Positions 1-12,600 of a stretch of DNA of 64,000 nucleotides are shown here, in pieces. Both the position numbers and the translations under genes were made by a program. The notes under the pieces are model-generated. The model did not search any database. It worked only from the letters and a program-made list of their open reading frames with translations, and was not told the origin of the DNA. This stretch comes from Bugula neritina. Taxonomy: Eukaryota > Animalia > Bryozoa. The stretch lies in contig OZ037767.1 of NCBI GenBank assembly GCA_964035545.1, forward strand, positions 10,054,581-10,118,580, in the 5' to 3' direction. Positions within the stretch are counted from its first letter, which is position 1, and the number at the start of each line of letters is the position of its first letter.

Positions 1-166
1 GCGGCCATTGAGCGACATTTGCTACATCATGGAATTCTTCAATGAACTGCTCTACGTCTTCTACACCTGTGAAGGTGGGAGCAGTCAGTTTATTTCTATA
101 CACCTCCTCCATATGTAAGAAACTGGCTGGCTTACCTCCCGGGTGCTTCGTTGTGTACTCTATCAT
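1..166 (-). mobile_element. Start of the gag ORF of a Ty3/Gypsy-like LTR retrotransposon (continues out of the window)
   Basis: Minus-strand translation from ATG at 166: MIEYTTKHPGGKPASFLHMEEVYRNKLTAPTFTGVEDVEQFIEEFHDVANVAQWP. The P-x-F-x-G...F...F..VA....W pattern is typical of Gypsy Gag, and it lies directly after a PBS. Confidence 0.7.
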
Positions 167-197
167 ATTCTCCGTCTCTTCATTGTCTCGTTTTGGA

Positions 198-215
198 ATC
201 CCACCGCTGCCACCA
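198..215 (-). promoter_or_regulatory. Primer-binding site complementary to the tRNA-Leu 3' end
   Basis: Minus strand TGGTGGCAGCGGTGGGAT begins 1 nt after the LTR-terminal CA. The plus strand ATCCCACCGCTGCCACCA matches the eukaryotic tRNA-Leu 3' end including CCA. Confidence 0.85.
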
Positions 216-216
216 C

Positions 217-497
217 TGTTGTGCGGAGCACAATGTTTGTGTGGGGTTCTAGTGAGCAATATGCATCTAGTCACAAGCAGTTCACTGGTAGTTTCGTGTG
301 TGTAAGACTTTATTATAAAATTATACAATATGGCGTAAAAATCTCTATAAGTATAAGTACAGTATCACTTATCATCACGGCAAGTATACGCTAACTAACT
401 AACTAAAAATTGTCCATTTGGCTTCATCCAATAACTGCCAATCCCTCCCTGATTGGCAGGGGGAATACGCATGAGGCGTAAGCCACGCCCCATTACA
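217..497 (-). mobile_element. 5' LTR (~281 bp) of the Gypsy-like element
   Basis: Minus-strand termini are TGTAATG...CACAACA. It abuts the PBS on one side and, on the other, host sequence (atatagcctgc) that is uninterrupted in the repeat copy at 1768. Confidence 0.8.
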
Positions 498-754
498 ATA
501 TAGCCTGCTAAGGGAAGAAAGGTATAGTGTACTAAGGGAAGTAAGTTATACTATACTAAGGGAAGTAAGTTAAAGTATGCTAAGAGAAGTAAGTTATAGT
601 ATACTAGAAAAAGCAAGTTAACTAGTGTAAGTGGATTATAGTTTCCTAAAAGATGTTGCTATAGTTTTGTAGGAAAAGAAAGATATTGTGGAAAATAAAC
701 CAAATATTGGAGTTGCTTGCTCATGTCTTTGTATTTTCTGTTTATTAACTGCAG

Positions 755-1526
755 TGTCACTGAAGCGGTCAAACAGCTCTTTGAGTAGAAGCGTGTCAGT
801 TGAGAGAACCAGTGATACCGTTAGCTCATCCCGCCACCGAAACCTCTCAACCGCATTTGATGACCTTGAGTTATCCTCCCCCCAGTCACCTACTGAACCC
901 CATCTACCGGAGAACTGTGTGCAGAAGTGGGCTGCTGAATTACTTATGGCTATTGACGAACTACATCAGTGTGGACTTGTATTACAGTATGTTCAGTGGA
1001 TTCTTCTCTTTGTTGTATTCATATTTTATAATTGAACTTGAGTGATTATAATGAATAAATTAATTTTTGATAACATTCACCGTTACCATTCAGTATTACA
1101 GCTCAATGTTACTCCTCACTGTTACCTCTCAGTGTTACCCCTCAATGTTATTCCTCAGTGTTATTCTTCAGTGTTACTCTTCAGTGTTACTCCTCACTGT
1201 TACCTCTCAATGTCGCTCCTCACTGTTAATCCTCACTGTTACTCCTCCGTGTTACTCCTCACTGTTATTCTTCAGTGTTACCACTCAATGTTACTCCTCA
1301 GTGTTACCTCTCAATGTTACTCCTCAGTGTTACCCCTCACTGTTAACTCTCAATGTTGCTCCTCAGTGTTCAGTGGATTTTGTAACGTATTCTTACAGTG
1401 ACCTCAGACCACACAACATACTTCTCAGTTCCCAAGGACAAATCACTCTCACATACTTCTGTCGATGGCCAGGGGTCCACCAGGAACTTTCCTCCAAAAG
1501 CAAAGAGCATTTTCACATTGCCCCAG
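755..1526 (+). pseudogene. RPS6KC1: RPS6KC1-like pseudokinase C-half exon pair, copy 1 (exons 755-986, 1399-1526)
   Basis: Spliced translation gives LPENCVQKWAAELLMAIDELHQCGLVLH-DLRPHNILLSSQGQITLTYFCRW...HIAP, resembling the RPS6KC1 family segment. AG/GT junctions are intact. The rest of the C-lobe is missing. Confidence 0.8.
1085..1370 (+). repeat. 13-bp minisatellite (TGTTACTCCTCAG variants); shorter copy at ~2355-2550
   Basis: Degenerate 13-mer tandem array visible directly in the intron. Confidence 0.9.
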
Positions 1527-2024
1527 GTGGGTGGTGCAGCTTGAATATTGCGTTTATATGTATGTGTAGCTGGTTTGAAGTAGAGGATACACTAATTATT
1601 GACTTCACTGTAGTATTGGTGAACAATAACTGTGGGAAATACTGTTCTGTTGTCACACAGTGCCTTCTGCATTCTATCACATGCTTTGGGCTGCTCCGCT
1701 TGCAACTTCTTTTGTTATAGTTTACTAAGGGAAGTAAGCTATAGTATACTAAGGGAAGTAAGTTATAATATAGCCTGCTAAGGGAAGAAAGGTATAGTGT
1801 ACTAAGAGAAGTAAGTTATACTATACTAAGGGAAGTAAGTTAAAGTATGCTAAGAGAAGTAAGTTATAGTATACTAGAAGAAGCAAGTTAACTAGTGTAA
1901 GTGGATTATAGTTTCCTAAAAGATGTTGCTATAGTTTTGTAGGAAAAGAAAGATATTGTGGAAAATAAACCAAATATTGGAGTTGCTTGCTCATGTCTTT
2001 GTATTTTCTGTTTATTAACTGCAG

Positions 2025-2705
2025 TGTCACTGAAGCGGTCAAACAGCTCTTTGAGTAGAAGCGTGTCAGTTGAGAGAACCAGTGATACAGTTAGCTCGTC
2101 TCGCCACCGAAACCTTCCCACCGCATTTGATGACCTTGAGTTATCCTCCCCCCAGTCACCTACTAAACCCCATCTACCGGAGAACTGTGTGCAGAAGTGG
2201 GCTGCTGAATTACTTATGGCTATTGACGAACTACATCAGTGTGGACTTGTATTACAGTATGTTCAGTGGATTCTTCTCTTTGTTGTATTCATATTTTATA
2301 ATTGAACTTGAGTGATTATAATGAATAAATTAATTTTTGATAACATTCACCGTTACCATTCAGTGTTATTCTTCAGTGTTACTCTTCAGTGTTACTCCTC
2401 ACTGTTATTCTTCAGTGTTACCACTCAATGTTACTCTTCAGTGTTACCCCTCAATGTTACTCCTCAGTGTTACCCCTCACTGTTAACTCTCAATGTTGCT
2501 CCTCACTGTTAATCCTCACTGTTACCCCACAGTGTTACTCCTCAGTGTTCAGTGGATTTTGTAACGTATTCTTACAGTGACCTCAGACCACACAACATAC
2601 TTCTCAGTTCCCAAGGACAAATCACTCTCACATACTTCTGTCGATGGCCAGGGGTCCACCAGGAACTTTCCTCCAAAAGCAAAGAGCATTTTCACATTGC
2701 CCCAG
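2025..2705 (+). pseudogene. RPS6KC1: RPS6KC1-like exon pair, copy 2 (exons 2025-2256, 2578-2705)
   Basis: Same exons as copy 1 with few substitutions; frames are open. Confidence 0.8.
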
Positions 2706-3169
2706 GTGGGTGGTGCAGCTTGAATATTGCGTTTATATGTATGTGTAGCTGGTTTGAAGTAGAGGATACACTAATTATTGACTTCACTGTAGTATTGGTG
2801 AACAATAACTGTGGGAAATACTGTTCTGTTGTCACACAGTGCCTTCTGCATTCTATCACATGCTTTGGGCTGCTCCGCTTGCAACTTCTTTTGTTATAGT
2901 TTACTAAGGGAAGTAAGCTATAGTATACTAAGGGAAGTAAGTTATAATATAGCCTGCTAAGTGAAGAAAGGTATAGTGTACTAAGGGAAGTAAGTTATAC
3001 TATACTATGGGGAGTAAGTTAGGTGTCATCCCACATAGACGCTTCCCAGGTAGACGCTAGGCTAAATTTTCCACTTGAACGTTTTCCACTTAGACGAATC
3101 CACGCACACACGCACAAATGCGCACACATGCACATGTACACACATAGATTTCAAAAGTTATTTTTTCAG

Positions 3170-3976
3170 TAGCTGAGACAGACAAGAAATTTGAGAAACA
3201 GTCCGATTCAAGAACTGAACAAATTGCTATCAACACTGAAATAATGGCTGTCAAAGAATATAATGAAGAATGTGAAAGAAAACGAGTAGTAGGAAACGAC
3301 GACCCTACACAGTCATGTGTACTGACCGGTATGTGTTGAGGTGCTTTATTAATTAGTTAATCGAATAAAAAAAAGAAACTGCAACATTTTTAAATTCATT
3401 CACAAAAGTACAGTACCTAACATAGTAATATTTTGAGTTAAATGAATCATGCAAAAGATAAACAGCTCAACCTAAAAATTAACATTCTGCTGAAATATTA
3501 TATTATAATAAATGTGTCCTGTTATAGCAAATGAAGGCACAGCTAGTGGAGATGCTTCTAGCAATAAAGATGACCAAGCTACCATGATTGTGAATGGTAA
3601 AGTTTCTTGTATAAAATCACAAATTAAGTGATAACTATAATGTTAAAATGGTGCTAGTGACTTGAACAGTAAAGTAAGATTCAAACTAAGACTTATATAT
3701 GCTTAATTAAAACATAAGCATTAAATTGAGTTACATGAATAAAAACTTCACCAAGTGCATGAGAACTAGGTGCAGCTGATATAACTAAGTTGATCGCTCA
3801 AAATTTCGTCTCAATAAATAGTACCAACATATCTAAATTAATAACACATAACATAGGATACACATATTATATTTTATTTTGCAGCTTCTTTACCTGTTCA
3901 AGAACTCGCTCCTCGAAAAAGCAGAAAAAATCGATTATTCAAATTATTTTGCTGTTGCATACAGAGCAACGAGTGA
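3170..3976 (+). CDS. Three terminal coding exons of an unknown protein (3170-3328, 3528-3596, 3885-3976), ending ...RKSRKNRLFKLFCCCIQSNE*
   Basis: Each exon has a pyrimidine-rich AG acceptor, and the two internal ones have GT donors. All junctions are phase 1 and the spliced frame is open to TGA at 3974-3976. Confidence 0.55.
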
Positions 3977-4569
3977 GGTTAGTTTTCAATTTACATCAAA
4001 CATCTGTGGAATGTTCAACAAACTTGACTTGTTATTTAATTCTTACTTTGATTGGTCATCACTACAGTATTATTGTATTACTTTTTAAAATTGACAAACA
4101 AAAGGGTACAACATCAGGAAAAAGCTAAAAATGCAAGCTCGGCATAAAATTTACTTTTAGAGTTGTCCTCCTTGACTTATTTTTACAACAATATTTTGAT
4201 TTTTAAAATACAAACGTCATTATATTAAATTAACAAAATATTTTAAACATTTTATCAATTAAATAGAATTGCATAAATGCAGTTTTCTACACGTATATTT
4301 TAAGTTAAGTTATTGTATAAAAAACAACACATAAAAAGTATTAACCATATAGATGTATGAATATATAATTGTTCGGCTCTCTTCACAAGCCTAAGTCAAT
4401 ACATATTACTATGACAACAAATTATATTATTTGAAAGCTTGCCACAATGTGCAAGCAGTCTGTACTCTGTAGTGTATAATCTTAGTAGATAACACGTAAA
4501 TTTTATGGAACCCAGCTCTGTGGAACCCTCTAACCTCAAATTCACCTCAACTATAGAACACAGGCATTA

Positions 4570-5000
4570 ATGCTGTCATTTGAAATTTTGACGAAGTAAC
4601 CCATGAATGAGCTACCCCCAATCCTCCTGTCAAATTTTCATGTAAATTCACTACTTTCTCAGTAATTGTATGCAAAGTGTAGTCAACATTGGACAATGTG
4701 TCTTCAATGGTAGCAGCTACATCTGGAATGTCCCAGGGCTCTGTTCTCGTCCAGTTCTGTTCCTGGCTAAGTCATAAATGACTTGTCAAACTATGTAAAC
4801 TACAATATTAGCCTATTAACTGATGTTACACAGTACACTGATCTATTAGGTGGTGAAAACTTTGAAAGGCAGACCACAACATCTATGCACTGTGCCATGG
4901 CATCATGCATATTACTTAATACTGATGAATGTGTGATTTTGGTATTTTGTAGTCAACCAAACACTCCTGATGTTGAATATACCCTTGCGCATACTTCTCC
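4570..5000 (+). mobile_element. Decayed LINE (CR1/L2-like) reverse transcriptase fragment
   Basis: Remnant TSGMSQGSVL..VLF....INDLSNYV..NISLLTD matches the SGVPQGSVLGP..INDL..FADD block, with frameshifts. Confidence 0.7.
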
Positions 5001-6759
5001 AGACTGTGATTACATACATAACTAAGAATGTGTTAATATATATATAAATGAGTGCTCTAGTCCAAGATACAGAACTACTGCAGATTAGCATGGGCAGACA
5101 ACTACCACAGTCATGATTGTGTGGATATAATTCCCAATACAGTAGTGTTTAAATGCCAGTATGGCTTATGAAAATTATTCTACTGACTATACAACAATTG
5201 TTAAAATGAGATGCACATTTTTGAAAATACTTATGACTTATGCTAAAAGTAATCTATATGCCACACTAATTGGCTTTGAATTATTTCATGAATATATTAT
5301 AATGTGTTATGATTTGTATTTATAATAATTGGATTTTAAAACATGTCATTATAACCAGTGTGTGGAATTATCTTTGGTTATTGAAATGTTTGTCAACCAC
5401 ACTGGAACAGTAAAAAGTTGCCAAACCAGCATGTTAATATTATAATGTTAGTACAGTATAATGCTTAATAGTTTAATATATAATGGTTATGTCTTTTTGA
5501 AATGAACTTTATTAGACAATAAAATTTAAATATATAACCTTATATATATACTCTGAATTTTCATGATTAAAATATGTCATATCAGAGACATAATAATATG
5601 GGTGAGAGAAAATAAAACTTATAATAAATATATAACACAATAATCAGATTGTGTAATTGCCAAGCAAATAAGATAAAATATTGTAGATATAGACCTGAAA
5701 TAGACCATGGAATAAATCGCACATACTACTATATAATAGCAGAGAAAGTTTTAGAATCAGTGTTGCTGTTTATAGCCATTTTATAGATTCATGAGTTGAA
5801 TCAGGTGATCTCCAGTAAGTGAGTTCCTAGACATGAGTAAGCTCTTCAAATTTAGTATTAAATACACACCTTCTTTGCCGATTGAGCTGTTCTACAACGC
5901 ATTGTGGAACAGTTTATGGTATCGTATTCAGTCAGAACGTACTTACACGCAAAGTAAAAATAGAGGAAATTAAATTAGTACAATACTAGTATGTGATATA
6001 TATATAGAATAGGAAAACAAAGGGAATGTTAACAATGTTTAAAAAGCATCAACATATCTACATACAAGTTTGTAATTTTTCATCTTTTATAAGATATCTC
6101 CCTAATTGTCAGCAAAGCTTCCTTTTAACCTGAAGCTATACATATCACACAAGTATACGTAGCTTTAAAAAGTTCAACTGCAAAATGCATGCTTCTAAGA
6201 AATACTTGTGCAACTTTTATAATATTATAATATATTTTATTTCACTATACTATAATTTTGGGTCATGTTTTTTAGCATTGTATTATAGTATATAATTTGG
6301 TCATATTATTTGGTCATATGACACTATTTCTATAATTTAGCAACTATGATGGTCTAGATTTGAAGGAACACAGATAAATGCATGATAGTTTATACTAGGA
6401 ACAAAATTTTATAAGCCTAATTGTTCTTCATGCAATTAGTTCAAGTTCAAATGCTGATTGAAAATCTGGCAAGAAAAATCATCTATTTTCTGCTAATTTC
6501 TTTTTCTTGGAAATGCACCCGTTCTACGGCTGGAGACGGAGTTATCTTTACTACCCTTTTGGATATTTTATAAAGAGTTGTCTTGCTTCTTTAAAGAAAG
6601 TAGCTAAATGGTCTTTTTATACAAGCAAGGTCACTTGAATGCCAATATAACAGTTAATTACTCATTGCATTTACTGTACTACTATCACTAGGTTCATTGT
6701 GATTGATAAGGAAGCAAAGCCAAAGACAATTGAGTACCAATTGTCTATCAATTTTAATT

Positions 6760-7860
6760 ATTTATTCACACATTATTATCGTCAATTTGCGAAAAATTAT
6801 ATTAATTCTATTGTAATTGTAGATATTAAATAATGATAATATTTATAATTATTTAATTTTATTATTAGAATCAATCATAAATTTAGTAGTACTAGTAGTA
6901 GTACTAGTAGTACTAATACAGTAAATAGTACTTATTACTTATACTTAATACTTATACTAATACTTATAGTTATTAGTTATTACAGTTATAATGTTTATTA
7001 TATTCATAAATTTAGTGATACTAATAGTAATAGACAATAGTTATTTATAGTAATGCTTATACTAATTAGTAATTAGTAATTAGTAAATTACTCATTAACT
7101 GAGTTATTAGTATAAGTATTACTATTGGTATCACTATTAGTAATAGTAATATTAATAGTAATAACTCAGTTAATGAGTTATTAGTATAAACATTAACATT
7201 ACTATTGTCTATTAGTATTACTAAATTTATGATTATAATAAACATTATAACTGTAATAAGTAATACTAATAGTATTACTATTACTATTAGTAATGCTAAT
7301 AGTAATACTAATAGTATTACTAATACTTGCTATTACTATTAGTATTACTAATAGTAATAGCAAGTAATACTAATACTAATGTTAATATAGTAATACTAAT
7401 AGTAACTGTTAGTGTTACTGTTATTATCTGACTCTCTCGGCCCACAGACCCATGCAGTGATGCACCATAACCATTCAGTCACTTTGATGCCTTTGTTGAC
7501 TTTGTTGCCCATCTGAATCAGATTTGTGATCGCCTTCACCATCATTATGATTATTAGTTATCATTACATCTTTATCAATATGAATATGGTGACCACCATA
7601 TTCATAATATGATTATGCCATTATTATTTACAATAATCATAATCATGATAATAGTGACAATCACAATTACTGTCATTGTCTTAATAATTTTGATGATGAT
7701 TATAATAGTTAATATTAATTGTCAACATAAATATCATGACTGTAACTGCGATAAACTTTACTCATTAGGCGTTATCATTATGATTATCAAATCATAATTA
7801 TTCTATGATTATGGTAACTTTGGTAAGTAATGAAGGATAATCATGAATAATCGCTATATA
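6760..7860. repeat. Cryptic hexamer-periodic tract (A[CG]T-NNN, then AT[CG]-ATN)
   Basis: For example agtaat actaat agtatt actatt actatt agtaat gctaat; upstream of the rhomboid coding exons. Confidence 0.8.
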
Positions 7861-9087
7861 TCTTTTTTCTTTTTTCCATATTTATTCTATTTACCTCTAT
7901 ATATTCAAAGTACTTATACAACTCCTCATCAATATCTTGGACCACCTGTTTTTGAACCGCATTCTCTTGATTTATTTCCCTCTTCTCATAGTCAATGTGG
8001 CACACATTTGTAATCCAAACTTGATATTCTTGTAGAGATACCGGCAGTGTAAACAAAGTTTCCAGTTTTGACTTAGGTCGTCTGTAAACCTTAATATTTT
8101 ATTGTGATTATTATTGTTAGATATTGATTTTTAGTAACATTGACCACCATTATGATTATAAATATTAGGTGAGTTTAGTTTCAAAGCATTAAGACAATTT
8201 TTTTAAATTAAGAGTATGATTTGTTATAATAATAATAAAATAATTAGGACTTGTTGTTGTCATTTTTTCTTGCTAATGCCCCTCTCTGTCTCTCGCTTGC
8301 AAATAATATTTAATAGGTATCAACTCTATAAGGCAAGATCGTACTTTCATGTGAAATCAACTGGTTTCTGAATCAAGTACTCATAGCATACCATCAGAAA
8401 ACATTTGCATACCGCAAAGCATTTTTATAATCATCGTTTGGCATCAGATGCCTATTGCTGACTGCAGTGTTGCTCATTCTCTTTTACTGTAGGTTTTGTC
8501 TATAGAATCATTGTGGCAGCTGCACAAAATCATAGCTGACTCAACTGGGGTGATCAGAAACCAAATATTGGAATACACCTTGGCAACTCACCTGATACTT
8601 CTTGTTGGTTAGAATAGTGTCGTGAGTAGCCTAAGGTTTTTTTAGTTCAGACAACCTTCTTTAATTAAACAAGTTTATTTACTTTCATAATTTTAATTTG
8701 ATACACCATTTAGTACTGTGCTTTCTTTATCAGTTTACGAGGATTTAAAGTTTGATTCCTTGAAGGTATTTTGACAGCTTGCCCTTTTTCCTCTCCGAGA
8801 TGATGCAAATTACACAGTAATATGAAAGATCGGTCTAGTGGTTTCATATATGATTGTCTTATAACTTTGTGCCTATGTGTGTTGGATGACATTTTTCACA
8901 GCTCACATAGCTTTTCTTCAGTAACTATTAAGTATTTTGGGCTAATGGAAAAATGTTAGTACTGAACTTCATTATTTACCTCTAAAAATTTGTTTTCTTT
9001 CTTTTAATAATGGCATAGTTGCACTATTAGCAGTATTAAAGCCAAGTATAATTGAGCAGCTCAGATATAGATAACTCTCAAGTTGCC

Positions 9088-9274
9088 ATCCCTGTGAGAA
9101 AGCTCCTGATAGACAGGGTTTTCTTATCAAATCGGGCTAAGGACTTATTCATATGTGGCGCAGAAGCAATTATGACTGGATGCTTTTCCTAACATCACCA
9201 ATAGCCTTTGTCGGGTTTGAACCATGACTATGTGCTTACTAGGCAAACGCTCTAACCCCTCTACGGCTGTCCCC
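9088..9274 (-). mobile_element. tRNA-derived SINE copy
   Basis: Homologous to 16406-16584 and 20661-21700. The minus strand has a B-box-like GGTTCAAACCC followed by TGGTGATGTTAGGAAAAGCATCCAG. Confidence 0.7.
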
Positions 9275-9645
9275 AGTTCAGATATAGATAATAATGTGAT
9301 GATTTTATCACTATAATAACAATTAGCATTAAGAAATTAGCTACTAAAATTACCTGGCTAACTCTGCATGCAAACTAGGTGCTAGCATGATATATGAAAC
9401 TCCATACAGGTTATTGCCCTCTATTGCTGTTCTAATTCTCATAATGAAGATTTATAGCCTTCTGAACTCTAGTTATGTACATCACAAGAATTGTTAGTGA
9501 AGAAGTTGTGTAAAGTTTTTGTAGTTGAGGCAGAAGAGCAAATACTTTCAGTTGGCTATTAACCTTTCGGGTGTTGTTACATGTTCATTGCTTGAATCCT
9601 ATTACATTCGTGGGATGGTTTTAGGGCTGCTGGATTCATGTCATC

Positions 9646-12600
9646 ATGGAGATGGCAACTATTGACAGAACAAAGCGGCGCAGAAATTCTGAAATAAAAA
9701 AGCTGCTAAAAGAGGTTAGTTTAGGACTGATTACTCACCATATATTTATCGTAGGCTCTTTCAAACTGAGGACTTCTTTTGAACTTTTTAATTGACTCTC
9801 ATTTATAGTAACGTTATATTCATATAAATAAGCTGCAGATATATAATTTAAAGATGCAAATAAACCTTCTGTCCTAGAGAGTTTTTCCTTCTAAAATCCA
9901 TCCATTTGACTGCTGAATTTCTTATTCATTATGCGTATAATTCTATAAGCATGAGTGGATACGTCATACTCATTCCCTTACCATTGCTTCAGCTACCATA
10001 ACCATCATCTCTCACTTCTCCTCATTGGTTAAGTTTCTATTTCTTGCATCTTTCCCTACTTGTTCATAGAATCATTGCTAGCACCACCATGTTCGAAAGT
10101 TATAAGGCCTTTAACCATCTACAAAAATCTCTTAAAATCACTTTTACTCAACGCTTAAAGCAAGTGTTGCAATTTGGTAAACTTCTTGGTTTGGCAATCA
10201 CTGTCATCGAATCTACATTACAAGCATGACCTTTGCCAGTTAAAGAGGTTTTTTTAACATGAAATAACAGTCAAATAACATTAATAGGAAATCTTTGCAA
10301 AAAAGAACTTTACCATTTATACTTTTCTGAGAACTGCATTCTTTATAGCCAGATACATATATTGATAAGTTGAACTCTAACAGATGTCAATTCACCTTTT
10401 AGTATTTTTATGGTTGATGCTTCATCACAAAATTTGTTTGCATTTTACCTGGAGTTATTTAGCAATAGCCCTGCATTGATTGTCGACATTTATCAATTGG
10501 GTGACATTTTTGCGGCTCTAATTATAGACATTTAGAATATTTCCAAGAAAAAGCTACAGAAAGTTCCAGATAATATATGTGTCTGTGTTTCCTTCTTTCC
10601 TTTCTCTCTGTGTGAGCAACAATTATTTTTATTGTGAAAGTAATTTATTGAATATATATGATAGAAGCTAGTTCTTTTGTACTGCATGATTTTTTGTTAG
10701 TATGAAAATGAGTCTAGTAATACATTATGTGCATTTTTTTGTAGAACTTTGGCTCTTTGTTTGGGGAGGTAAGTAATAACCCTGTCCGTTCATGTATTAT
10801 TGTATTCTACTAATTATGTCATTTCCTGTTTCGTTATATTTATTGTTACATTTGTTGGACAATTTAAACTTATTTTTACAATTAGTTAGGCCTATTGTTA
10901 TCAATTTAGTTAAATTGCACAACATTAAAATCTTTTAAAGCAGATATTTCATATTCCTTATCTAAAAGTATATCAGTTTTAAAGAGCAAAGATGCTTTTT
11001 TCAAATTTTCATTTAAAAATTATGTGAAACAAAATCTGCAACTGTTGAATTGCTGAATATTAGAAATCGTCATACAACTATTTTACTCTTGGAATATTAA
11101 AAATATTAAATGCATAATGAAAAGCAGTCATATGAAGTATTTTAAAGCTACTGATAAAAACTTGATGGCAGCGTTGACAAATTATAAAAAAGTGCTTTAT
11201 TTGTAAACATATTAAGTTGTTCATTCCGTTCTATATATAGTATAGGTTTGATTACTAACAATAGTTATACCAACTACCCTGCTTCAGTGTTTCAATCACA
11301 TGCTGTGGCTAGTAAATATCTATTATGATATAATGTTCATGTTTTTACGTTTCCTTCCAAATGAAGTCGTTTGGCTAAAAAGGACCAAATTCAAATAATT
11401 TCCTTCAAGTCTAAATAATTTTCCAATACGTGAGAAATTTGTTCAGTTGAAAATGAGTCAAATTATTTGCAGAATGAAAAGGCAGGAGTACAAATGAAGG
11501 AGCTGATATCCTACATAGAGGAGAAGAACATTACGTCTATGCCTGCCCTGAAGCTACAGCAACTAATGCATATGTACGATGTGAACAATGACGGACTGAT
11601 CAGTTACAAGGAGTTCGTCAATCTGGTACATATCAGCTTTTCTACTACGTAATGTTTGTGCAAAATGTAGCATTTCAAGTTAGCCTTACCACAAACAAGT
11701 TTCATGGCTACTTGTAGAAATCATTTTTAGTAGCAGTTTAAAAAGTGTTGAAACAAGCTGTGTATGTTTAAAGTAACATGTCAAAACTTTAACTGACTAA
11801 TGAGAATTGGAAGCTAGTAAGTTATGTGTGTGTTTTGACAATCGCATATTTTTCACTTGACTAATCACAGTGTGCTAAATTTAGTCAGCTTGGCTGCTGA
11901 CCAATCAGAGCAGCCAGTCTATGAACTTGTATTTCAAATTATTTAAATATTCATCATGGCGGCTCCACAACCATCGATATTGTAACTAACTACGCCAACA
12001 GTGGCAGCATCATCAACTGCACCTGCAACCGGACTGATTTTTTAAGTTTTGCAGTTATTTGATTTAATTTTTCAAAAAAAAACTAATTTTAATAATTATT
12101 TGCAGTTTCTGTATACCAGTTTTCTCAAGTACATTTTTTTCAAGAATGAAAAAACACTCATATTTTATCTTTTAAAGTACAATCAATAAAAATTAATAAA
12201 AGGTACTTTGATATTTTTGGTGATTCAATTGTTGTTTTGTTGCAAGATGTTGGCCGAGAGAGATAGGTTTGATTTGGAGAAGTTGACGGGGTTTGAGAGG
12301 TTCATACTGGAGTTTACTGCTACGACTTTGCCTCACCACAAGCAGAAGGAGTATATTGAGCACTACACCTGCAAGCCACCCCCTCTCTTCATGATTGTCG
12401 TCAGCTTAGTTGAGGTGAGGCTTTGTTTGATTTCTCTTATGATTATGAAAAGCTAGGCAAATGGTTCAGCTTATTTTTTTTACCAGTTACTTGCTAAATT
12501 TTATAATATATGCCCCAGTTGCGTTCTTTGCTAATTTCTTCTGATTGAGTTTTCAGGTAACTGAAATTTATAAATCTACTTTCTTCAATTTTCAGCGAAG

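Larger units (their letters stand above)
498..3022 (+). repeat. Tandem segmental duplication: units 498-1767 and 1768-2946, plus a partial third unit
   Basis: Near-identical sequence at offset 1270. The units differ by a few SNPs and in the length of an internal 13-bp minisatellite. Unit junctions fall in 21-bp minisatellite arrays. Confidence 0.95.

Noticed and set aside
1042-1720. Long Cys/Ser/Leu-rich ORFs (also 2312-2580)
   Set aside because: They are read-through of the 13-bp intronic minisatellite; only 1399-1526 is exon-like.
498-2946. Tandem duplication as a pure assembly artefact
   Set aside because: The copies differ by SNPs and minisatellite length, and junctions fall in a repeat array. 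Uncollapsed haplotypes cannot be fully excluded without reads.
7609-7797. Hydrophobic Ile/Met-rich ORF resembling a membrane peptide
   Set aside because: By-product of the ATN-periodic tract; no splice or homology support.
11768-12175. Possible TTAA-flanked Kolobok-type MITE
   Set aside because: No convincing terminal inverted repeat could be matched by eye.
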